From contig CALCEX010000282.1 in the NCBI GenBank assembly GCA_937900325.1, forward strand, positions 1 to 60,011: a stretch of DNA of 60,011 bases, in the 5' to 3' direction. This DNA is from an uncultured Clostridia bacterium (lineage in GTDB: Bacteria; Bacillota; Clostridia; Christensenellales; CAG-138). Within the stretch, counting starts at the first letter, position 1; every line of letters starts with the position of its first letter. Of this stretch, positions 36,438 through 47,155 are shown in pieces. The position numbers and the translations under genes were made by a program. A model generated the notes under the pieces. It was not told where the DNA came from. It was given only the letters and a program-made list of their open reading frames with translations, and did not search any database.

Positions 36438-37133
36438 ATGTACGGATATTACGGCTACGACACGCTGTTCCTTGCGGTAATAGTCGTGTTCATACTGGGC
36501 ATATGGGCTCAGGTAAGGGTAAAAAACATATATAAGAAATATTCGCAGGAGCACGCCTCCTCGGGCGTTACCGCAGCCGGTATGGCGGAGCGTATGCTTG
36601 CGGAGCACGGGAGCTCCGTTCAGGTGACCATGATATCCGGCAGCCTTACGGACAACTACAACCCCCGGACGGGGATGGTCAGCCTGTCTGAGAGCACCTA
36701 CGGCAGCACGAGCGTAGCGGCCCTCGCCGTCGCCGCCCATGAAATAGGCCACGTCATGCAGCATCAGGAGGGGTATCTGCCCATAAAAATACGCAACGCC
36801 ATACTTCCCGCCGCCTCCATAGGCTCCACCGCGGCCCCGTATATAGTCATACTGGGCGCGATAATGGGCTCCTATAACCTTGCAATGATAGGCGTGTATC
36901 TTTTCCTCGCCATGCTGATATTCCAGGTAGTGACGCTGCCGGTGGAGCTCAACGCATCAGGCCGCGGCCTTGAGATGCTGGAGTCCGGCGGCTATATCTC
37001 CTATGAGCAGCGCAGCGGCGCGAGGGCGGTGCTGAGGGCCGCCGCCATGACGTATGTTATAGCCGCCATATCCACCCTCGTATCCTTCCTGAGGCTGCTC
37101 ATGATAGCCAGCAACAGCAGGCGAAGGAACTGA
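36438..37133 (+). CDS. Membrane zinc metallopeptidase (YugP-like)
   Basis: ATG at 36438 after GGGAGG. HExxH motif AAHEIGHVMQH. N- and C-terminal TM segments. Confidence 0.85.
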   Translation: MYGYYGYDTLFLAVIVVFILGIWAQVRVKNIYKKYSQEHASSGVTAAGMAERMLAEHGSSVQVTMISGSLTDNYNPRTGMVSLSESTYGSTSVAALAVAAHEIGHVMQHQEGYLPIKIRNAILPAASIGSTAAPYIVILGAIMGSYNLAMIGVYLFLAMLIFQVVTLPVELNASGRGLEMLESGGYISYEQRSGARAVLRAAAMTYVIAAISTLVSFLRLLMIASNSRRRN

Positions 37134-37171
37134 ACGCTTCGGGCAGGGAGCCGCGCCCCCTGCCCGTTTTT

Positions 37172-37933
37172 TTATCCGCGTTTTATCTTTATGTCGAACC
37201 TTATCGCCTTATCCGCGCCGAACATATAGCCGGTGGGGGCTTCAAGCTGCCCGAAGGACGTCTCCGTAAGAAGCAGCGTATCGCCATATAGCCGCACGCG
37301 ATACTCCGCAGGCGCGCCGTACTCTGGCGCTCCCGGCTCCTTGAGCATATCGCCGTCCTCTGCGACAAGGGGCAGCGGGCATATGAGATCCATATCCTTG
37401 CCGTAGCCCTTTGTAAGGTCTATGGAGAATTTTATGTATATCCGGCAGCTCTGGCCGGGATCCAGCTCGTTTAAAAGGGGCAGCGTAAGCGCCGCTCCGT
37501 CCAGAGTATAGTAGGCCGTTTCCCCGTTGAGCGCCACGCCGGTCACCTCCATGCATCCGGCGGCCACGGCGTTCGGATAAAGGCCGATATCAAGAGAATA
37601 TACCGTCTCCGCCCGCCTGCTCACATAATCTATGAGCACCTGTCCCTCCGCCCTTTTTTCCTTTGTGTCTATATACAGAGAGGCGATGTACAGGCTGCCG
37701 TCGCGGCTACGCTGCGCTGCGGCGGGGGGCGAGGCGGAGGGCGCGGGCGTAATGTCGGGTATTACCGGCGTCGCCCCGGCGGAGGCGTCCTCCTCCCCGT
37801 TCTCCTGCGGCATGGCTCCCAGTTTCGTCCATACCAGACAGCACGCCGCAAGGAAGGCCGCTACCCCCGCCGCTATGAGAATGCCGCGCCTCAGCGCGCG
37901 CTTTTTTCTTTTTCGCTTTGCCGTGTTTTCCAT
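37172..37933 (-). CDS. Hypothetical membrane-anchored protein
   Basis: ORF 37172..37933. Basic N-terminus followed by a TM segment. No family recognised. Confidence 0.6.
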   Translation of the reverse strand: MENTAKRKRKKRALRRGILIAAGVAAFLAACCLVWTKLGAMPQENGEEDASAGATPVIPDITPAPSASPPAAAQRSRDGSLYIASLYIDTKEKRAEGQVLIDYVSRRAETVYSLDIGLYPNAVAAGCMEVTGVALNGETAYYTLDGAALTLPLLNELDPGQSCRIYIKFSIDLTKGYGKDMDLICPLPLVAEDGDMLKEPGAPEYGAPAEYRVRLYGDTLLLTETSFGQLEAPTGYMFGADKAIRFDIKIKRG

Positions 37934-37991
37934 GCGTCCTATTATATCACATATCGCCGCAAAATTGTTTGAACAATGGCGGATATTGCCG

Positions 37992-40900
37992 CTATTGCAC
38001 CAATACGCTCTCCCCGGTGGAAAGAAGGTGTATCCAGCACTCCTTTACGGGTATGCCTGTAAGCTCCTCAAGGGCCCTTTTATACAGCCTCAGCTGCTTT
38101 GCGTGGCTCATCGCCGCCTCCCTTGCCCCGCCCTTTGGAACATAGTCCGTCTTGTAGTCTATGAGCACCCATTCGCCGCCCTCAATGAAGCAGCAGTCGA
38201 TTATGCCCTGCAAAAGCAGCGTCTCCTCCGTATCCGCATCGAATACGGAATTTGCCTTTACCCTGTGGTTGAAGGCAAGCTCCCGCTCTACCCTCGGCGA
38301 AGCGAGCATACGGCTGCCCAGCCCCTTTGAAAAGAAGTCCGCTATGCTTTTCACATATATGCCCTCCGCCTCCTTTTCTGTGAGTATGCCCCTGTCCGTA
38401 AGCTCCTTCAGGCAGGCGTTCACTGAGGCAAAGGTATGCTTCGCTATGGGCAGATGCTCCATCAGTTTGTGGACGGCGGCGCCCCGGCTGACCGCCCTCT
38501 CCGCCATCTTATCGCGCATAAAGTCCGGGTACTGCCCCAGCTCGGGCAGGTTGCCTATAAGCTGCGATACGCTTATTTTAGAGGGCAGCTCCGTATCCGC
38601 CCCATAAGGATAGCGCCAGGCGAACAGCTCCGCGTATTCCCCGGGACCGTCCTCTATCGCCTGCCTTGTAAACGCCATGTATTCCTCCCGGGGCAGCGCC
38701 GCGCCCAGCGCGGACGCCCGAAGCGCCGGGTGTACGGCGCAGAGTATGGGCTTATTCCCGCTCAATGGCGGTATGCCAAGGTATTCCCTCAAAGGATTGC
38801 CCGAGGGGGAGGAAAACAGCACCGGCAGTATCCAGTCGGCGAAGCGCTCCGCCCCGGCGCAGGTGTTTGGGGTAACGGGGATGCGTCCCGCCGCGAGGCC
38901 CTTTTCCACATCCCTGAAGGAGCACAGCATTATGAGCTTTTCCGAGGCGCGGGTCATGGCCACATACAAAAGGCGCATCCGCTCGGATACCTCCCTGCGC
39001 CATATGCGCTCCGCTATTGCGGAATGGTAAAGGTTCAGCTCACGGCTGTTCCCTCTTGCGGCCTTTAAGCCTATGCCGAGGGCAGCGTCCAGCGCCAGAA
39101 CGCTCGAGCGGCTCTTTTTGTTGAAGTTCACCGAAATGCCGCCCAGTATCACCGCCGGGAACTCAAGTCCCTTGCTTTTGTGTATGGATATGAGCCTGAC
39201 GACGTTAGCGGAGGCTATCTGCGCGGCGCCCAATGAGTCGCCTGAGCGGGCCTTTTCCATAAACCGCAGAAAGCCCCGTATGCCATGGCCGGAGTTTGAA
39301 TATATGCCGGCGTTCTTTATGAGCGCCTCAAGGTTGGCGCGCCGGGATTGGCCGCCGGGCAGCGCGGATACGTAATTTTCAAAGCCGGTATCCTCCAGCA
39401 GCATGGCTATGAGCTCGGTAATGTCGTAAAGCTCGCCCTGTGCGCGCCATCTTTGCAGCCTTTCCATAAAGCCGCCCGCCTTATGCCCGAGCGGCGTATC
39501 CTTATCCGCCCCCGCCCTGAGCGCCTCGTAAAACAGCCCCTCCCTGCAATCTGAGCGGAGGGCTATGAGTTCCTCCGTGGAAAAGCCGCCTATGGGGCTC
39601 CTCAATACGCTTATCAGGGGTATGTCCTGCAGGGGATTGTCTATCACGGACAGCAGATTCAGGAATATCTGCACCTCTATGGCGTCGAAATAGCCGCCGG
39701 TCAGCTCAGCGTATACCGGTATGCCCTCCCGGTGCAGCGTGCGCACCCAGGCTTCCGCCACATTTTTCGGGGAGGAGTGCAGTATCACTATGTCGCTGTA
39801 TTTATACCTCCGGGTATTTCCCTTCCTGTCCGTAAAGCTCTCGCATAGCAGTTCCCGTATCCGGCCCGCGGCGAAAAGGGCCTCCGCCTCGGCCGCAAGA
39901 AGCTGCTCCTCCCCGCTTTCGTCCGCCGCATCCCCCTCGTCTATGGGCGCGCTCCGGGATATTACGTGGAGCTCCATGCCTCCCGCGGAGGCGTCGCCGC
40001 GCCCGTGTATGAGGCGGGCGTTCTCGTCGTAATCCACGCCGCCCGTCTCCTTGGTCATTATTTTGGAGAATATGCTGTTCACTCCCTCTATGACCTCATT
40101 GGAGCTCCTGAAATTGGCGCTAAGGCTCAGCGCCGCGCCCCGCGCCGCGAATTCGTCTATGCGCTCGGTAAACAGCCCCGGCTCCGCCATGCGGAAACCG
40201 TATATGGACTGCTTCACGTCCCCCACTATAAAGAGGTTATCGGGGCGGGCAAGGGCGGAAAAAAGGGCGTTTTGCAGCGGGCTGCAATCCTGATACTCGT
40301 CTATGGACACAAAGCTGAACCTGTCGCGGTACTCCCTTGCCACGGCGGGCAGCTTCAGGAGCCGCAGGGCCATGTGCTCCATATCCGCATAGTCTATTAT
40401 GCCTGCCTGCTCCTTCTTTTCGGAATACAGGGCGATAAAATCGCCGGTAAAGGAGTAAAGCGTTTTCAGCAGCGGCTTTATACCGGCGATGAGCTTCGCC
40501 TGCCGTTCCATGGGCTTGCCGGAAAGGGCGATGTGCTTCTTTACCTCCTTCTTCATGTCGTCCCTGGGCTTTTTGACGTACTCGCTGTAAGCTTTTTCCG
40601 CCCCCCTCATGCTGAAGGTGGCAAACTCGCAGGAAGAAAGCTGGTTGGCGTAGCCCTTCAGGCTCTTTTGCAGCAGCGCGGCGCCGAGCTGCGTCAGGTC
40701 GCCGTCCAGTATTGCGGCGGTTTTGGGGTAGTCCTCCGCGATCTCGTCCCGCCGGGCGCGCAGTATGTCCATGCACGCCCCAAGCCGTACCTTCAGCCCC
40801 TTCAGGTATTCCTCCGCCGCAGGGCAAAGGGACAGCGCGTCCCCGGCAATGCCGTATTTGTCTATGGCTCCCCTCAGCCACTCCATGGGCTCGGGCTGCG

Positions 40901-41429
40901 CCATTATAAAATCGTACAGCCTGAGGAACTGGGCGGAAAACTCCGCCTCCTCGCCGAAGGCGTCCACAAGGTCCGAAAAGCCCCCTTGCGCGTAGTACCG
41001 CTCCATGAGCTCATCAAGGGCCTCCTGCCTCAGGGCAAGGTTTTCCGCCTCCTCGCCTGCGCGGAAGGCGGGGTCGAGTCCGGCTATGTCGAAATGCCTT
41101 CTCAGCACATGGGAGCAGAAGCCGTCTATTGTGGATATGTTGGCTCTGCCTATGCTCTCCGCCGCCCCGTAAAGCCGTGCGGCCTCATCGCCCTGCCGCT
41201 GGGCCGCAAGGGCGGAAAGCCTGTCCTGTATCCGCTTTTTCATCTCGGCCGCGGCCGCGCGGGTAAAGGTCACCACCAGCAGGTCTTCAGGGTCCGCGCC
41301 CTCTGATATGTGCCTCGCGATGCGCTCCGTGAGCACGGCGGTCTTGCCGCTGCCCGCCGCCGCGGAAACTATAAGGCTGCCGGGGGTCTCAATGGCCCGC
41401 CGCTGCTCCGCCGTCCAGTTAGTCGCCAT
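37992..41429 (-). CDS. addA: ATP-dependent helicase/nuclease subunit A
   Basis: ORF 37992..41429. UvrD-type Walker A AAAGSGKT. C-terminal RecB-type nuclease segment (IIDCCF...LIDYKTD). Confidence 0.93.
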   Translation of the reverse strand: MATNWTAEQRRAIETPGSLIVSAAAGSGKTAVLTERIARHISEGADPEDLLVVTFTRAAAAEMKKRIQDRLSALAAQRQGDEAARLYGAAESIGRANISTIDGFCSHVLRRHFDIAGLDPAFRAGEEAENLALRQEALDELMERYYAQGGFSDLVDAFGEEAEFSAQFLRLYDFIMAQPEPMEWLRGAIDKYGIAGDALSLCPAAEEYLKGLKVRLGACMDILRARRDEIAEDYPKTAAILDGDLTQLGAALLQKSLKGYANQLSSCEFATFSMRGAEKAYSEYVKKPRDDMKKEVKKHIALSGKPMERQAKLIAGIKPLLKTLYSFTGDFIALYSEKKEQAGIIDYADMEHMALRLLKLPAVAREYRDRFSFVSIDEYQDCSPLQNALFSALARPDNLFIVGDVKQSIYGFRMAEPGLFTERIDEFAARGAALSLSANFRSSNEVIEGVNSIFSKIMTKETGGVDYDENARLIHGRGDASAGGMELHVISRSAPIDEGDAADESGEEQLLAAEAEALFAAGRIRELLCESFTDRKGNTRRYKYSDIVILHSSPKNVAEAWVRTLHREGIPVYAELTGGYFDAIEVQIFLNLLSVIDNPLQDIPLISVLRSPIGGFSTEELIALRSDCREGLFYEALRAGADKDTPLGHKAGGFMERLQRWRAQGELYDITELIAMLLEDTGFENYVSALPGGQSRRANLEALIKNAGIYSNSGHGIRGFLRFMEKARSGDSLGAAQIASANVVRLISIHKSKGLEFPAVILGGISVNFNKKSRSSVLALDAALGIGLKAARGNSRELNLYHSAIAERIWRREVSERMRLLYVAMTRASEKLIMLCSFRDVEKGLAAGRIPVTPNTCAGAERFADWILPVLFSSPSGNPLREYLGIPPLSGNKPILCAVHPALRASALGAALPREEYMAFTRQAIEDGPGEYAELFAWRYPYGADTELPSKISVSQLIGNLPELGQYPDFMRDKMAERAVSRGAAVHKLMEHLPIAKHTFASVNACLKELTDRGILTEKEAEGIYVKSIADFFSKGLGSRMLASPRVERELAFNHRVKANSVFDADTEETLLLQGIIDCCFIEGGEWVLIDYKTDYVPKGGAREAAMSHAKQLRLYKRALEELTGIPVKECWIHLLSTGESVLVQ

Positions 41430-44400
41430 TGCCGTCCTCCTTGCCGCCGTTCTCCTTCATAGCGCCTATCCGCTCAAAAAACGCCTTGTCGCTCAGCGTG
41501 CCGAGATTGCGCTTTTTGCAGCCCGGCAGCCTTTCGTCAAAGCCGCATACGCTGCGGTTTGCGCAGGTTTTGCAGCGGTCGGCGCCGCTTTTGAGCTTTG
41601 CCGGGGATACCGCCGCCCTTCCCTCGAATATTTCCGCCAGGGTATCGGTGGACTTTTTCAGCGCGTAGCCTATGAGTCCCTCCATCTGATCCCCGGGTAT
41701 CACGGTCCTTGCCCCTGTGGATATTACGGGGCAGCCGTCGCCCGCAGCGGCCCTTACCACTACCGGGTCGCTGAGCGTAAGGCCGGAAAGCCGGAAGCTC
41801 TCCATCACCTTTTTCTTTATCGTATCCTCGTCCGCGGCAGCGTCATTGGATTCGCTCACCACGGGGGAATCCACCTTCATATAGTACATTCCGGCGGCCC
41901 TCCGGGTCTTTTCCACCGCCCCTATCGCCGCGGCGTAAAGGGGCAATTGCAGGCTCAGGCCGTAGTATAGCCTGGTGTAGCTGAAGTCGCTGCTGCCGGT
42001 CTTGTAGTCTATTATCCTGTAATAATCCTGCCCCGCTATGGTGCAGCCGTCTATCCGGTCTATCCGCCCGCCTATATAGAACCTTTCCCCGGTAGGCAGC
42101 TCGAGCGTCAGCGCGGGCAGGCCGCCCATGCCAAAGGACACCTCGGTCTGCTCCGGCACAAAGTCGCCGGACTGCACCTGGCGGACTATCGCCCGCGCCG
42201 TGGCCTTTACCTTGCGGATAAGCCTTGCGCAAAGCGCCATGTTCCGGGCGCTGGAAAGCAGCACCCCATTGTTGTGTGAAGCCATAAGGGGCGGCATTAT
42301 GCCGTCTATTATCTCATCGCACTGCGCGCCGTCAAGCGTTTTCATATCCCGCCTCAGCGCCTCCTTTACGAAGGAATCCAGCGCGCTGTGGCAGAAGGTG
42401 CCCTCATCCAGCGGCCTCTCCCTGAATTCGCGCCGCTCTGTGGCCCTTAAGCCGTATGTCACGAAGTGGTCAAAGGGGCAGGCGTTGTAGCGTTCGAGGC
42501 GCGTGGCGGAGCCGAACAGGGAATCCCCGTATAATTTAAGCGAAAGCTCATGGCCGAAGGGTTCCGGCGAGCAGCGGTAGTACAGCGCGTCCTCAAGGCC
42601 CTCCAGCGTTTTTCGGTATTCGGGCTTCCCGGCGTACCATGCGTAAAGCTGCCCCAGCCCCTCCCAGGGGATAAGGTCGTCGCCATAGGCGCGCAGCTCC
42701 TTGGCAAGGCGGGCGACTCCGCCCTCGGGGCTCACCGGGGGCAGCGGCTCAAGGTCGGTATCCGATCTTACTCCCGGAAATATCTCCCGTATCCTGTCCA
42801 GTATGGGAGCGGGCAGGGCGGCGTCCGTCCCCGCGCTCATGGTATAGGATATGTATAAAAGCTCCCTCGGGGCGGCCAGGGCGCAGTAAATGTCCATAAG
42901 CTCGCCCTCCGCCTTTTCCGCGCTGCGGCCCCATGTCCTTGCGCCCATGGCGTCGAGCCGGTCCAGCTCCCTGTCGCTTATCATGCCGTCGTCGTTGAAG
43001 CTGTGGGGGAAGCTGCCCTCGTTCGCGCCCAATATGAACATGGCCCGGGGGCTTTTTGCCATGGTCCTGCCCAGCGCGCCAAGGAGGAGCTGATCCGCCG
43101 TGGCGGGTATGGCGCTTATTTCGTATGAATCGAAGCCCTCCTCCAGTATGGCGGCGAAGCGCCTTGCGGATACCGTCCCTTCTCCCATTATGGCGTGGAG
43201 CTGATCCAGCACCGTAAGCATCAGCCGGTAAACCTGGGCGTTTTCCTCCGCAAGCTGGTAGCGGCCCTCGTCCCTTAGCCGCAGCGCAAGGCCGTTTATG
43301 CTGTCGTAAAGCCCCATGCTCTCCATAAAGGCGAAGAGCGCCTCCGCCTTGCCGCGCGCGGTGGGCGCGTTTACGAAGGCGGTGTGGAAATCCTCTATTT
43401 TGGGTATTATGAAGCTCCTTACGCTTTCGGGCGTTTCCTCATCGAAGGGCTTTTTGAAGCCCGTGCCGCCTATGCCGCGGCGCAGGGCGTAGTTTTCGAA
43501 CAGATCGACGTCCCCGGCCTCTGTCCCCGTGAGGCCGGTGCGGAGCATGTCCATTATATAGTTGAGATTATATCCTCTGTTTACGCACTTAAGGGCGGAT
43601 AATACCAGCCGCGGCGCGCCGTAGGCTGAGAGCTTATGCGTCCCGTCGCTGAAGCAGGGTATGCCCCGGCGCTGCATTGAGCGCAGAAGCTGCAGCTCAT
43701 ATGCCGGCTCGGTGGCTATTACCGCCATATCGCGATAGCGCATACCGCCCTGGGCGCATCTTAATACCGCCTCCGCCGCCATCTCGCATTCCGCGCTTAT
43801 CGATGTGGCGGCGGCTATGCGTATGGACGGGGCTTCCCCGCCGTATATCTTATAGGGATACGCGAACACCTCGGATTCCAGATGGGCAAGGGCGGGGTCG
43901 GTCTGCCGCTTCGAGTTGCCCTCGGGCAGCCGTATGACGCTTATCTCGCAGCCGTTTTCCCGTGCCGCATCGTAAAGGCGGGCATAAGCCCTGCGCTTTG
44001 GCGCGAAAAGCCTGGCGTCCCTCCCCTCCTCCGGGTCCATGCGCAATGATATGTACATGCTCTCCGCGTGCCGCGCCATCGCAGCCATGAGGTGATAGAG
44101 CTGATCGGTAAGCAGGTCAAAGTCGTCTATTACTACCTCCGCCCCCGCTATGGGCGAAGAAGGCAGATTTTGTATCAGCGCCGCGAACATATCCTCGCTG
44201 TCCATATAGCGGCCTGAAATGTAGTTTTCCGTCTCGCCGTAGAGCAGCGCGAGCTCCGTGAGCTTGCGGGCGAGAAGGCTGTCCCCCCCGGCCTTTTCCG
44301 CCCCCTCGAGCAGGTCGGCAGGCGTCACCTCATACCGCTTGCAGGCGGTAAACAGCTCGCAGAGCCGCTCCGAAAAGCCGGGGCGATCCTTTACCCGCGC

Positions 44401-44712
44401 AAATACGCCGAGCCTGCCTCCCTGCTCGGCTATGGTCCTGCGTATGGCCATACGCCGCCCCTGGCGGGAAAGGAAGCCCAGATAGCTCCCCTCCAGCGTT
44501 TTTTCCGCAAGCGACGAGAAGGAGTATACCTCTATATCCATAAGGCCGCCCAGCTCCGAGGCGAGCTGCCGCTCCGTCTCGAAGGTGAACTGCTCCGGCA
44601 CTATTACCACCACACGGCGCCCGTTATGAAGGGCCTCCTTTATGCAGCGGTGCAGCCGCCTCGTCTTGCCGGAGCCGGAGCGGCCCAGCAGGAACGTCAC
44701 CCGGGCCGGCAT
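41419..44712 (-). CDS. addB: ATP-dependent helicase/deoxyribonuclease subunit B
   Basis: ORF 41419..44712. Motif GRSGSGKT. C-terminal nuclease with Cys cluster (CKTCANRSVCGF). Overlaps the addA start. Confidence 0.92.
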   Translation of the reverse strand: MPARVTFLLGRSGSGKTRRLHRCIKEALHNGRRVVVIVPEQFTFETERQLASELGGLMDIEVYSFSSLAEKTLEGSYLGFLSRQGRRMAIRRTIAEQGGRLGVFARVKDRPGFSERLCELFTACKRYEVTPADLLEGAEKAGGDSLLARKLTELALLYGETENYISGRYMDSEDMFAALIQNLPSSPIAGAEVVIDDFDLLTDQLYHLMAAMARHAESMYISLRMDPEEGRDARLFAPKRRAYARLYDAARENGCEISVIRLPEGNSKRQTDPALAHLESEVFAYPYKIYGGEAPSIRIAAATSISAECEMAAEAVLRCAQGGMRYRDMAVIATEPAYELQLLRSMQRRGIPCFSDGTHKLSAYGAPRLVLSALKCVNRGYNLNYIMDMLRTGLTGTEAGDVDLFENYALRRGIGGTGFKKPFDEETPESVRSFIIPKIEDFHTAFVNAPTARGKAEALFAFMESMGLYDSINGLALRLRDEGRYQLAEENAQVYRLMLTVLDQLHAIMGEGTVSARRFAAILEEGFDSYEISAIPATADQLLLGALGRTMAKSPRAMFILGANEGSFPHSFNDDGMISDRELDRLDAMGARTWGRSAEKAEGELMDIYCALAAPRELLYISYTMSAGTDAALPAPILDRIREIFPGVRSDTDLEPLPPVSPEGGVARLAKELRAYGDDLIPWEGLGQLYAWYAGKPEYRKTLEGLEDALYYRCSPEPFGHELSLKLYGDSLFGSATRLERYNACPFDHFVTYGLRATERREFRERPLDEGTFCHSALDSFVKEALRRDMKTLDGAQCDEIIDGIMPPLMASHNNGVLLSSARNMALCARLIRKVKATARAIVRQVQSGDFVPEQTEVSFGMGGLPALTLELPTGERFYIGGRIDRIDGCTIAGQDYYRIIDYKTGSSDFSYTRLYYGLSLQLPLYAAAIGAVEKTRRAAGMYYMKVDSPVVSESNDAAADEDTIKKKVMESFRLSGLTLSDPVVVRAAAGDGCPVISTGARTVIPGDQMEGLIGYALKKSTDTLAEIFEGRAAVSPAKLKSGADRCKTCANRSVCGFDERLPGCKKRNLGTLSDKAFFERIGAMKENGGKEDGNGD

Positions 44713-45251
44713 TATAATTTCTCCCTGTGAAGGGGTATGTATACCATTTCTCCCTTTTCGCGGCGGCTTTCAAACAGGGTTATGGCCTGCACGGTAAGGG
44801 AGGCGTTGGCTCTTATGCTGTTTTTAAGCTCCAGGGCGGTAAGGTCGTCCTGCTCAACGCTGCGGCCAAGGGTGATATGCGGCACAAACCTCTTGCGCTC
44901 CCGGGAGAAGCCCCTGTCGTACAGGGCGGACTCAAGGGATTCGTGCATGGCGGTGAGCTCGTCGAGCTCGCCCAGCACCTCCATTACGGCGGTGCGGCCG
45001 CGGCCGCCCTTTTCAAAGCCCGTATATCTGCCGAGGTGCAGCGTGAAGGGGCGTATGCCCCTCACCGCCTCGTGCATGGCGGCGGCGGCGCCCGCTATAT
45101 CGTCGCTTTCGCCTATAAAATGCAGCGTTATGTGGAAATTATCCTGCGGCACGAACCTGCCGCCGCAGGACATCCCCTTCACTTCCTTCTGTATCCTCAT
45201 GAGCTCCTCCTTAAAGGAGCGGGGCAGGTCTATTGCTATGAAAAGGCGCAT
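44712..45251 (-). CDS. thpR: RNA 2',3'-cyclic phosphodiesterase (2H phosphoesterase, ThpR/LigT-like)
   Basis: ORF 44712..45251. Two HxTx motifs, HITLHF and HITLGR. Confidence 0.85.
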   Translation of the reverse strand: MRLFIAIDLPRSFKEELMRIQKEVKGMSCGGRFVPQDNFHITLHFIGESDDIAGAAAAMHEAVRGIRPFTLHLGRYTGFEKGGRGRTAVMEVLGELDELTAMHESLESALYDRGFSRERKRFVPHITLGRSVEQDDLTALELKNSIRANASLTVQAITLFESRREKGEMVYIPLHREKL

Positions 45252-45348
45252 GGCATATATCCTCCGTGTGTTTTTCAGCTTAATGATACCATATTTGACG
45301 CACTAAAAAAAGGACGGCCAAAAGGCCGCCCTCCGTTTTTGTTATTAT

Positions 45349-46227
45349 TTATACCTTATGTATGAAGTTGCCGTTTATGTATACATTGCTGGTGGCGATT
45401 ATGAAGGCCTTGGGGTCTATGCCCTTTACTATGCGCTCAAGCTGCTCCAGCTCATAGCGGTTTATGCAGGTGCAGAGCACGGCTGTGGGCTCGTTGGTGT
45501 ATGCGCCGTAGCCGTCCCAGCGGGTAACGCCGCGGCCGGTCTCCTGCATTATGCGCTGGGGAATGGCGTTGTCCCGGTATTTGGTGAATATGAGGGCCTG
45601 TATGTTGATGCCCTGCTGATGCATCCTGTCCAGTATAAGGCTGGAAAACACCATGTACAGAACGCTGTACACCACCACAGATACATCATAGCGGAAGAAG
45701 CACATCACGAACAGCAGTATGTTGACGAGTATTGTGAACTTGCCCACCTGAAGGCCGGTCTTTTTCGTTATATGCACAGCCAGCATGTCCAGGCCGCCCA
45801 CGGTACAGCCGCAGGTTATTATCATTCCATCGCCCACGCCAACGCAAACGCTGCCTATCAGCACGCAGGTCAGCCTGTCGTCTATAATGGGAGCGGAGGG
45901 AACGGGTATGAAGGCGGTGGTCAGGGAGAATACCGCGGTAAATACCAGCGTGCGCAGGAAGAAGCTGCGGCCAAGGCTCTTGTAGGTGATTATGAATATG
46001 GGGATGCTGGATATATAGTAAAGAGCACCCGCAAGGTCTATATGGTTGAACGTTATATTGAAATCCTCAGCCAGCACCGACCGGACAAACTGGGAATAGC
46101 CCATAAGGCCGGTGGTGTAGAAGTTCCAGGGGGTAGTGAATACGTTTATGCCTATGGACATTATGACGCAGCCCAGCGTGGCTATGATCATACGCCCGGC
46201 AAATGTGCGCATGGTATTGTTATACAT
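45349..46227 (-). CDS. YitT family membrane protein (DUF2179)
   Basis: ORF 45349..46227. Polytopic N-terminal part with a soluble C-terminal domain. Confidence 0.8.
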   Translation of the reverse strand: MYNNTMRTFAGRMIIATLGCVIMSIGINVFTTPWNFYTTGLMGYSQFVRSVLAEDFNITFNHIDLAGALYYISSIPIFIITYKSLGRSFFLRTLVFTAVFSLTTAFIPVPSAPIIDDRLTCVLIGSVCVGVGDGMIITCGCTVGGLDMLAVHITKKTGLQVGKFTILVNILLFVMCFFRYDVSVVVYSVLYMVFSSLILDRMHQQGINIQALIFTKYRDNAIPQRIMQETGRGVTRWDGYGAYTNEPTAVLCTCINRYELEQLERIVKGIDPKAFIIATSNVYINGNFIHKV

Positions 46228-46464
46228 AAGGGATATCCTCCAGGCTTCGGGCTTTTTTTCGGGGCGCGCCCGAATGAACAGGGTACATTATAAACCCTTG
46301 CGGCAGGAGATTTCAATAGAAAAGAGGCTCTTTTTACCTGTTTTTTTCACAGTGCCCCCGCGCCGCGCCGCGCTGACAATTTTGCGCCGTTCATGGTATA
46401 ATAAAAATGCGCGGGCGCCAGCGCAGAGCGCGCGCCGGCCTATAAAAAGAAAAGGAAATATCAT

Positions 46465-47124
46465 ATGTGCAATACGGAATTACTTTCCCTCCTCGGGCGG
46501 GATAAGCTCATAGCCATATGCCGCGGCGCGGAGGGGGAGACGCTTTTGCGCCTTGCCGCGGCGATACGCGACGGCGGCATACGCTTTATTGAGGTGACCT
46601 TCCAGCAGGAGCGGGAGGACTGCGCCGGGCTGGCCCAAAGAAATATAAAGGCCCTCTGCGGCCTGCCGGGCATTATCCCCGGGGCGGGAACGGTGCTCAG
46701 CGCCGCCCAGGTACGGGCCGCATACGAGGCGGGGGCAAAATATATCGTTTCCCCCAACACCGACCCCGCCGTCATTGCCGAGGCCAGGCGGCTGGGGCTT
46801 ATATCCATACCCGGCGCGCTCACCCCAAGCGAGATAATGGCGGCCCACAACGCCGGGGCGGATCTTGTAAAGCTGTTCCCCGCAGCCGCAATGGGGTTGA
46901 AGTACTTCAAGGACCTCCGCGCGCCTCTTTCCCATATAGGCCTTGTGGTCACGGCGGGCGTCACGCTGGATAACCTGGGGGACTACCTGAAGGCCGGGGC
47001 CTTTGCCGCGGGCATAAGCAGCCCATTGTGCAACAAGGAGCTTATCGCGGCGGGAGGCTTTGACGAAATAACCCGCCGGGCAAGGGCGTTCTGCCGCATT
47101 GCCAGCCCCTCCGTAAGTGCCTGA
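46465..47124 (+). CDS. eda: KDPG / 4-hydroxy-2-oxoglutarate aldolase
   Basis: ORF 46465..47124. Motifs IEVTF, GAGTV and VKLFPA. Confidence 0.85.
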   Translation: MCNTELLSLLGRDKLIAICRGAEGETLLRLAAAIRDGGIRFIEVTFQQEREDCAGLAQRNIKALCGLPGIIPGAGTVLSAAQVRAAYEAGAKYIVSPNTDPAVIAEARRLGLISIPGALTPSEIMAAHNAGADLVKLFPAAAMGLKYFKDLRAPLSHIGLVVTAGVTLDNLGDYLKAGAFAAGISSPLCNKELIAAGGFDEITRRARAFCRIASPSVSA

Positions 47125-47155
47125 GCGTACCCGGATACCAGAAGGTGGAAAAAAT

